Assembly (NCBI RefSeq): GCF_006345805.1
Contig: NW_021827961.1
Span: 1-9,258 of the forward strand
From: Octopus sinensis
Lineage: Eukaryota
DNA: 9,258 bases
Reading direction: 5' to 3'
Position numbers and translations under genes: made by a program. The notes under the pieces were generated by a model. That model searched no databases, was not told the origin of the DNA, and saw only the letters and a program-made list of their open reading frames with translations. Positions 1-6,492 of this stretch are shown here, piece by piece. Position 1 is the first letter of the stretch. Each line of letters opens with the position of its first letter.

Positions 1-347
1 CACGTTTTTTAGACGAACAAATCGACCCCAAGACTTAATTTTTTAAGCCTGGTACTTATTCTATCGGTGCCTTTTGCTGAACCACTATGTTACGGGGACG
101 TAAACACATCCACACCGGTTGTCAAGCAGTGATGGGGGAACAAACACAGACATAAACACACACACACACATATAGATATAGACATATATACGACGGGCTT
201 CTTTCAGTTTCCGTCTACCAAATCTCACAAGCCTTTGGTGGACCCTAAGGTATAGTAGGTGACTCTTGGTCAAGGTGCCACGCGAAAGTACTGAACCCGG
301 AACCATGTGGTTTGAAGGCAAGCTTCTTACCAAACAGCTACGCCTAC
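1..347 (-). mobile_element. tRNA-derived SINE, type A (resembles octopus OR-type CORE-like SINEs); 3' end runs off the window edge
   Basis: The reverse complement reads GTAGGCGTAGCTGTTTGGTAAG (A-box-like), GGGTTCAGTAC (B-box-like), then a CORE-like segment, the body TTTGGTAGACGGAAACTGAAAGAAGCCCGTCG, an internal (TA)/(TG) tract and a 3' half. It is colinear with the copies at 4590-4969, 7449-7977 and 8226-8676. The family name is from recall. Confidence 0.9.
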
Positions 348-359
348 AATCGTATTTCT

Positions 360-640
360 CTTATTGCGGTTGGTGATATGCTAATTCCAGGATGTTATTG
401 CAGTAGTGGTTATGGTTGGAGTGGTTATATTATGATTGTGGTCGTAATTCTGTTGACGGTGTTGTGTTGTGGTGGCAGTACCCGTAATGTAGTTAGTAAA
501 AGCTTTTACTTGTAAAGGACGCATTCATGCGGGTATTTCGGTTGCTATGGGGATGGTAATAATGGTCGTATTTGGATTGTAATTCGGTTGCTATGGTGGT
601 GGTCATGCTGTGATGGTTTAAGAGATGCCGAAGATGTAGT
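360..640. repeat. Degenerate G/T-rich triplet low-complexity tract (GGT/GTT/GTA/GAT)
   Basis: Triplet periodicity is visible, e.g. GTAGTGGTTATGGTTGGAGTGGTTAT and GGTGTTGTGTTGTGGTGG. Boundaries are approximate. Confidence 0.6.
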
Positions 641-884
641 ATTAGTCATCTTCTCATGGCTTTATTACAGGTGCAAGGCGATCCTTCGGTATTGATCTAC
701 TTAGTGTCGGTGAGAGGAGAAGACATCATTGCCTCCCCTTTTTTTTCCTGCCTGTCCTATTTGTCGATGCCATGAGGAATGGTTTTGCGGTTGAATGAAA
801 TCGTCGACCAATACCGAACGATTTCCACTTTTTGCTTTTTATTATTGGTCTGTTGATGGATATGATTATGTGGCAGTATTTGTG

Positions 885-1014
885 TCAATGGTGGTGATGG
901 TGATGGTGATGGTGGTGGTGGTGGTGATGATGATGATGATGGTTGTCGTCGACGTGATGATGGTGGCGGTGGTGATGATATTGATGATGATAGTGATGGT
1001 GATGATGTTGAAGG

Positions 1015-1049
<35 letters not shown>

Positions 1050-1150
1050 GTTGTCGTCGTCGTGATGATGGTGGCGGTGGTGATGATAATGATGATGATA
1101 GTGATGGTGATGATGTTGAAGGTGATGATGATGATGATGATGATGACGAC

Positions 1151-1196
<46 letters not shown>

Positions 1197-1265
1197 TTGA
1201 TGATTGTTGTAGTGGTGGTTCTGTTATGATTGTTGTAAAGACCATCGTTGTTGCTGTTGTTGTGT
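885..1265. repeat. Compound (GAT)n/(GGT)n microsatellite with a 108-bp internal tandem duplication
   Basis: Long GAT runs. The diagnostic block GGTTGTCGTC...GGTGGCGGTGGT...GTTGAAGGT occurs at 941 and again at 1049. Confidence 0.95.
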
Positions 1266-1330
1266 TGTCGCCGTTGGGGGCAGCGCCTGTGATGCTATGG
1301 CAAAAGAAAAAAAGTCGCTTGTTAATTTAA

Positions 1331-1660
1331 CTGGTTCTCCGTCGGTTAATGCGATGAGTGTTCCAGTTCATCCTATTAAGCGAACAGCCTGCTGATAAAA
1401 AAAAATCAACGCCAGCACGTGGCTATCAGCTTCGCCGCAGACATGATGTAGTTCTCAGGAACAATCAGCATGACACAAAATGTGACAAGGCCGGCCCCCT
1501 TTGTATTACAGGTACAAATAGTTTTTTCCCCAGATGAGTGGACTAGAGCAACATGAAATAAGGTGTCTTGCTCAGGGACAAAACGCACCAACAGGAATCG
1601 AACTCATGACCTTACTATTGTGAGCCGAATACCCTAACCACTCAACCACGTGCCTTCACC
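1331..1660 (-). mobile_element. tRNA-derived SINE, type B (CORE-like central domain), near full length
   Basis: The minus strand shows A box TGGTTGAGTGG (1638-1648), an anticodon-loop-like CTCACAA (1618-1624, Val-CAC-like by inference), B box GAGTTCGATTCC (1594-1605), then TGTCCCTGAGCAAGACACCTTATTTCATGTTGCTCTAGTCCACTCA. The head and core are homologous to 7150-7295. The left boundary is inferred from recalled family structure. Confidence 0.82.
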
Positions 1661-1684
1661 TGATGTTTTAACGATGGCTTTATG

Positions 1685-1805
1685 AGAGGTGGTTTTGTAG
1701 TTGGAGGCCGTAGTTATATGCTGTGGTGTGGCTATAGTTGTGGTTAGGGTTGTAGTGCGGTTATGGTGTGGTGTCATTGTGGTTGCGGTTGTATTCCATG
1801 CTTTG
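1685..1805. repeat. Degenerate (GTT/GTG/GTA)n triplet tract
   Basis: GGTGGTTTTGTAGTTGG...ATAGTTGTGGTTAGGGTTGTAGTG...GTGGTTGCGGTTGT. Confidence 0.55.
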
Positions 1806-2080
1806 GTTTTAGTCAGAGCCTGTAAGAGGGAGTTTCAGCCGCCACATCGGTCTGGGGGAATTGAAACCCAAGAATGGCCAGTGGCTATCATCTTGGCCCC
1901 TCCGTAAACCCTCACTGACCTTGAAATATGAGAGCACTCCACCTCCCAGGGCCCGAAGCATTTTTGCTTTCCTTTGCCCAATTTCTGTCGGAGACGGTGA
2001 TTATGATGGATTTGGGAGGAATTTCGGAATAGCGGTCATTCGAAGTGCAATACATCATGGGAAAGGATAAAGGGAGATTT

Positions 2081-2247
<167 letters not shown>

Positions 2248-2461
2248 CAGTTTTGGGTGTTCCTCTGTCTCATAAAACAGAAATTGTGATTCCGGAAATC
2301 AATAAAAAATTCCACAAATTCTAAGATTTTAGATTTTCGCCTCCACAAGCGGAAACTCCAATACGCTTTTCCTTTCCGATGAGGTATACGACTTCGAAGA
2401 ACACCTAGTCGAAAATTCTGTCGAGATTCTGTGTTACAATTGCAGTTATATCTATGGTTGG

Positions 2462-2630
2462 AATCGATTGGGGTTATGGCTGTCGCTGTGGTTTCTGTAG
2501 TAGTTGAGATTACAATCATAGTTCTGGTTGTGGTTAAGATAGTGGTTTGTGGATGTGGCTGTAGCTGCAGTTGTGGTTATGCTTTAATCGATTTGAGCCT
2601 GTAGTTGCTGTTATCGTTGTGTGGTTGTTC
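2462..2630. repeat. Degenerate (GTT/GTG/GCT)n triplet tract
   Basis: GGTTATGGCTGTCGCTGTGGTTTCTGTAGTAGTTG...GTGGCTGTAGCTGCAGTTGTGGTT. Confidence 0.55.
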
Positions 2631-2688
2631 AGGAAACTAATGCACAATGCTTCGTTTAATAGTTTAGTCAGAGGATGAGGGTCAATGT

Positions 2689-2733
2689 TCTGCCCATCTT
2701 CTTTAAATAGGTCTGCCCATCCTCTTAAATAGG
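2689..2733. repeat. 22/23-bp tandem duplication
   Basis: TCTGCCCATCTTCTTTAAATAGG (2689-2711) is directly followed by TCTGCCCATCCTCTTAAATAGG (2712-2733). Confidence 0.85.
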
Positions 2734-3192
2734 GAAGAGGAGTAGCCAATGTTCTCCTCAAAGCGGGGACTGACCACAATACATACAACAGAGTATAAAC
2801 TACATTAAAGAACAGTAAATTGGTTAGGTGGTGGTGGGGTTAAGTTAGGTGGTGGGTAGATTCTACCCCATCGAAAAGAAGCAGCACCCTTCTTTAATGA
2901 GGTCAATCCTTTGATACTTGTATACCACGTCATACACCCACCCAGCTTTCTTCCAGGACATAGATATAGAGGCTAGGCTGAAAAATGCGGGTGAATAGCA
3001 TTGTCTCTGCACACTGACACTCTTTAGACCAATATCAAAGGAAAACCTTTAAGCAGTTATCTCACAGTTCTGTCGATTAAATATAACTCACAAGGGTTAG
3101 CCTGACAGGAGGCAATAATAAGAGGTAACTGTCAATCAAAGTAGCCCTGAAATAGAATCGAACACGGAACTATATCAATGGTTTTCAACTGC

Positions 3193-3372
3193 GGTCGATA
3201 TGGCTCTTAGGGACCTCTATGTCTCTCGAGGGCCCATATGGCTCTCGAGGGCCCATATGGCTCTTGAGGGCCCATATGGCTCTCGAGCGCCCATATGGCT
3301 CTCGAGGGCCCATATGGCTCTTGAGGGCTGATATGGCTCTTGAGGGCTCATATGGCTCTTGAGGGTCGATAT
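3193..3372. repeat. 19-bp minisatellite, 9 units plus partials, consensus ATATGGCTCTYGAGGGCCC
   Basis: Units start at 3198, 3217, 3236, 3255, 3274, 3293, 3312, 3331 and 3350 (exact 19-bp period, no spacers). Confidence 0.97.
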
Positions 3373-3437
3373 AATATTTTGTTGTTTAAATTTATGTGCA
3401 ATAAATTGATTATTCTACTTAAATACAGAAAATATTT

Positions 3438-3496
3438 GGTGCTCCAGCATGGCTGCAGTCAAATGACTGAAACAAGTAAATGACTAAATGACTAAC
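3438..3496 (+). mobile_element. 5'-truncated SINE type A 3' end inserted in MITE copy A
   Basis: GGTGCTCCAGCATGGCTGCAGTCAAATGACTGAAACAAGTAAA matches 4911-4954 with one mismatch before the tail. MITE homology to 8677-8833 resumes on both sides. Confidence 0.85.
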
Positions 3497-3610
3497 TATT
3501 CTTTTATACAATTCCCAATAATATTTTGTTGCAAAAATATAGTAGAATTTTTTTATATATACATCAAATGGCTAAGAAGGCCTGGCAGAGTAAAACAGGA
3601 GACAAAGGGG

Positions 3611-3762
3611 CCCAGTGCTCCATTGGTGCTTAATTTATTTTTCCCGAAAGGATGAAAGACAATGTCAACCTCGGCAGCTTTCCAACTCGGAAGGTAAAGG
3701 CGGACAAAATGCCGCTAAGCATTTTTTCCGACGTGCAAACGATTCTACCAGCTCACTGCCTT
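3611..3762 (-). mobile_element. tRNA-derived SINE, type C, 5' part
   Basis: The minus strand reads AAGGCAGTGAGCTGGTAGAATCGTTTG (A-box-like), CCGAGTTGGAAAGCTGCCGAGG (degenerate B box), then CTTTCATCCTTTCGGG. It is homologous to 3913-4051. Confidence 0.75.
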
Positions 3763-3811
3763 CATATAGAAATTAACCTTTCTACTACATGGACAAAGGC
3801 TGAAATTTTCA

Positions 3812-3900
3812 GGGATGGTTTCGTGGTCGTGGTCGTGGTGTTGGCGGCGGCAACGGCGGCGGTGGCGGCGATGGCGGCGGTGGTGGTGGTGGTGGGAGGG
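3812..3900. repeat. (GGC/GGT/GTC)n triplet tract
   Basis: GTGGTCGTGGTCGTGGTGTTGGCGGCGGCAACGGCGGCGGTGGCGGCG...GGTGGTGGTGGTGG. Confidence 0.85.
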
Positions 3901-3912
3901 TTAACCAATTAC

Positions 3913-4051
3913 ATCGACTGCAGTACTAATCTGCTACTTATTTTATCGACCCCGACGGATTTTAAACTGCGAGCATAAAGACAGACGAAATGCCACTATA
4001 CGTTTTGCCCGGTGTTGGTGTGTTTCTGTCCCCTTAACTAACGATTCTACC
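3913..4051 (-). mobile_element. SINE type C, internally deleted and carrying a short type A insert
   Basis: It shares TAATTTAT/TATTTTAT-...CCCGA, TAAAGRCRGACRAAATGCCRCTA and AACGATTCTACCA blocks with 3611-3762. It lacks the ~27-bp AAGGATGAAAGACAATGTCAACCTCGG segment. Confidence 0.7.
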
Positions 4052-4084
4052 AATTTTCAGAATCGTTAGCACCTTCTATCAATA

Positions 4085-4255
4085 GTAATAATAGTCATTT
4101 TCGCTGTATGGTGATGATGATATTGTCATAGCGGTGGTAGTTGTAAAGTGGTGACTATATTGTTGTTACGGTAGTGCAGTTGTTTTTGTTGTTACAGTTG
4201 TGGCTCTCTTAACAGCGGTGGTTGTTCTTCACTTCAAATATTGTTGTTGTTTTAG
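4085..4255. repeat. Degenerate (GTT/GTG/GTA/GAT)n triplet tract
   Basis: GGTGATGATGATATTGTC...GGTGGTAGTTGT...ATTGTTGTTACGGTAGTG...ATTGTTGTTGTT. Confidence 0.55.
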
Positions 4256-4264
4256 TAATCTCTA

Positions 4265-4470
4265 ATTTCTTTCAGTCGTTAGTCTGCGGCCAAGCTGGGG
4301 CACCGACTTGAAAAATTTGTAGTCGAATGCATCGACCGCAATGCCTACCAATTATCTTAAGTTTGGTACTTATCCTATCGGTTTCTATTGCCGAACCACT
4401 AAGTCCAGGTGACGAAAACACACCAGCACCGGTTTTCAAGCGGTAGTAGAAAAAACACACATACATATTT
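4265..4470 (-). mobile_element. SINE type A, 3' half only
   Basis: TTTCAGTCGTTAGTCTGCGGCCAAGCTGGGGCACCG...GGTACTTATCCTATCGGT...GCCGAACCACTAAG...AAACACACCAGCACCGGTTTTCAAGC is the reverse complement of the 3' half at 4810-4960. It ends in a CA/TA tract with no head. Confidence 0.85.
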
Positions 4471-4548
4471 ATAAGTACATGCATCTCTCTCTCTATATAT
4501 CTGTCTATCTATCGATCTTCTCTCTCTCTCTCTCTCTCTCTCCCTATA

Positions 4549-4589
<41 letters not shown>
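4455..4589. repeat. Compound (CA)/(TC)/(TCTA)/(TA)n microsatellite
   Basis: Seen directly: (TC)n at about 4518-4542 and (TA)n at about 4545-4589. Confidence 0.9.
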
Positions 4590-4969
4590 GGCGCAGGAGT
4601 GGCTGTGTGGTAAGTAGCTTGCTTAACAACCACATGGTTCCGGGTTCAGTCCCACTGCGTGGCATCTTGGGCAAGTGTCTTCTGCTATAGCCCCGGACCG
4701 ACCAATGCCTTGTGAGTGGATTTGGTAGACGGAAACTGAAAGAAGCCTGTCATATATATGTATATATATATGTATATATGTATGTGTGTGTGTGTTTGTG
4801 TGTTTGTGTTTGCCCCCCTAGCATTGCTTGACAACCGATGCTGGTGCGTTTACGTCCCCGTACTGGCCTTACAAAGAATAAGTCCCGGGGTCAATTTGCT
4901 CGACTAAAGGCGGTGCTCCAGCATGGCCGCAGTCAAATGACTGAAACAAGTAAAAGAGAGAGTAAAAGA
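4590..4969 (+). mobile_element. SINE type A, near full length and the least degraded copy, with a 38-bp internal deletion
   Basis: It begins GGCGCAGG, with A box TGGCTGTGTGG (4600-4610), B box GGTTCAGTCCC (4643-4653), CORE-like TTGGGCAAGTGTCTT, an internal (TA)/(TG) tract and the tail GTAAAAGAGAGAGTAAAAGA. (TA)n flanks it on both sides. Confidence 0.93.
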
Positions 4970-5330
4970 TATATATATATTATATTAAGCTTTTTAATAC
5001 CTTTTTGATAGTTATATTGAAAAAATAAAATAAATAAAAATAAATAAATAAAAATAAATATTAAAAGTTTAAAAATTTATAAATTCAAAATTTAAAAAAT
5101 ATAAAAAAATATAAAAATTTATAAATATAAATTAAAAATTTTAAATTTAAATAATTTAATTTTAAATTTTATATTTTATATATTTTGTATATTGTATTAA
5201 TTATATATATTTTTATGTTTTGGTTTATGTTTTCACTGTTTGATTTGCCTAATAGTGGTTTTATCTCTAATTTAATTTAATATATATATATATATATCTA
5301 TATTATACTATCTATATATATATATACGTA
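4970..5330. other. Extremely AT-rich low-complexity island (A-rich then T-rich)
   Basis: I count only 5 G/C bases in 5021-5220 (200 nt). Confidence 0.9.
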
Positions 5331-5420
5331 TGTATATAGGTATGTAGAGAAGAGAGAGACTGCTGCATAAACACACGCACATACATATACGTACATACAT
5401 ATATATATACGTACATATAT

Positions 5421-5468
<48 letters not shown>
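5330..5468. repeat. Compound (GA)/(CA)/(TACA)/(TA)n microsatellite
   Basis: Seen directly; a long (TA)n runs up to the Helitron end. Confidence 0.9.
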
Positions 5469-5469
<1 letters not shown>

Positions 5470-5833
5470 TAGCAGTATCGCCCGGCGTGCTCAGGTTGTA
5501 GGGAAATAACTATAAAGCATTTTTAGAGAGTTAAGCCAAAAAATGGAAAAAAATATGGTAAATTTTTTTTTTGAGAGTTAAAAAAAGATGGAGTTGCGTC
5601 CCCTAGACAGTTTGTGGTTCGTGTTTCTGATTCTCGACCCCATGTCGAATTATCGATTTTTTCAGACTGGGGAACTTTTCAAAATTTTCGCTGCGTTAGT
5701 TTTGAATTATGACATTGGGCTATGTGTGTCAAGTTTCATCAGAATCGGTTGAAAGCCGTGGTCAGGGTGAGGGTACAAGCAAACAGATACACAGAAACAC
5801 GCACAGACAAACTGCCGTTTATATATAGAGAGA
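5469..5833 (-). mobile_element. Non-autonomous Helitron (rolling-circle element), 365 bp
   Basis: The minus strand starts A|TCTCTCTATATATAAAC and ends CCTGAGCACGCCGGG (GC-rich subterminal hairpin, 5481-5495) + 8 nt + CTAG|T. It is inserted at an AT dinucleotide with no TSD, matching canonical Helitron 5'-TC / 3'-CTRR rules. No Rep/Helicase ORF is present. Confidence 0.82.
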
Positions 5834-5960
5834 TATATATATGTATGTATGTATGTATATATATATATATATGTATGTATGTATATGTAGTATGTATGTA
5901 TGTACGTATGTATATGTTTATCGCTTTCTCTCCCTCTCTCTTTCCATACATACATAATTG
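5834..5960. repeat. (TA)/(TATG)n microsatellite
   Basis: Seen directly. Confidence 0.9.
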
Positions 5961-6171
5961 TGGTGTACAATCAGCTGACGATGTGGGTGACTAGGCTGTA
6001 GATTTTAATAACAGGTCCACCTGTTATGACCAACTTCCTTCGTTTCTGTCTGTCCAGTTTCAACCACAAGGTTTGTGGTCTATTTGTAATCGCGAAATAA
6101 TCTTCCTAATCACACAGACATGGACGGTAACATGAATGAACACTCGCGCGCTCGTGCAAGCACACTTATGC

Positions 6172-6173
6172 AC

Positions 6174-6221
<48 letters not shown>

Positions 6222-6347
6222 TGTGTGTTTGTGTATTAGGTTTTTAATGTTTGTGTCTATACATATACTATTATATATGTGTGTATATACATACATACAT
6301 ACATACACACACAGACACACACACACACACGCTCACACATATATATA
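6172..6347. repeat. Compound (TG)n ... (TA) ... (CA)n microsatellite
   Basis: (TG)n at about 6179-6233 and (CA)n at about 6300-6340. Confidence 0.92.
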
Positions 6348-6492
6348 GGACGGGCTTCTTTCTGTTTCCGTCTACCAAATCTATTCACAAGACTTTGGTC
6401 AGCCTGAAGCTATAGTAGAAGGTGCTGTGCTGCGGGACTGAACCTGGAACCATGTGGTTGGGAAGCAAGCTTCTTACCGCACAGACACTCCT
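6348..6492 (-). mobile_element. SINE type A, 5' half only, with a 13-bp deletion in the CORE-like segment
   Basis: GGACGGGCTTCTTTCTGTTTCCGTCTACCAAATC...GGGACTGAACCTGGAACCATGTGGTTGGGAAGCAAGCTTCTTACCGCACAGACACTCCT aligns to 8516-8672. Confidence 0.88.

Larger units (their letters stand above)
3176..3584 (+). mobile_element. hAT-like non-autonomous DNA transposon (MITE), copy A, carrying a minisatellite and a SINE fragment
   Basis: It starts CAATGGTTTTCAACT, similar to hAT/Charlie-type termini CAG(T/G)GGTTCTCAA. The internal sequences AAATTGATTATTCTACTTAAATACAGAAAATATT and TATACAATTCCCAATAATATTTTGTTGCAAAAAT align with the minus strand of 8677-8833. A right TIR (GGCTAAGAAGGCCTG, 3570-3584) is tentative, and no 8-bp TSD is seen. 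Confidence 0.65.

Noticed and set aside
757-1245. Poly-Ser and poly-Met/Val ORFs (757-1245 minus, 795-1229 plus)
   Set aside because: They are translations of the GAT/GGT microsatellite and are open on both strands simply because the repeat lacks stops.
1594-1660. tRNA genes at the SINE heads (also 290-347, 4590-4660 and 8610-8676)
   Set aside because: A/B boxes are present, but there is no pairing acceptor stem or full cloverleaf, and each continues into a SINE body.
2534-2788. Protein-like minus-strand ORF (…RGWADLFKEDGQNIDPHPL…)
   Set aside because: It spans the 22/23-bp tandem duplication and a triplet tract, has no good splice sites, and I recognise no family.
3217-3330. Synthetic polylinker or vector contamination (XhoI, ApaI and NdeI sites)
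   Set aside because: The units are degenerate and show transition-type decay, and they are homologous to the natural element end at 8790-8833.
3193-3372. CRISPR-like array
   Set aside because: Units are contiguous with no unique spacers, there are no cas genes, and the context is eukaryotic. It is a minisatellite.
6031-6080. Possible ancient SINE type A fragment (CGTTTCTGTCTGTCCAGTTTCAACCACAAGGTTTGTGGTC)
   Set aside because: The resemblance is short and too diverged to call without an alignment statistic.
5707-6348. YI/HT/CV-rich ORFs (the same applies to 4399-4674, 7470-7834 and 8296-8685)
   Set aside because: They are dinucleotide microsatellites plus SINE or Helitron bodies, with no coding signature.
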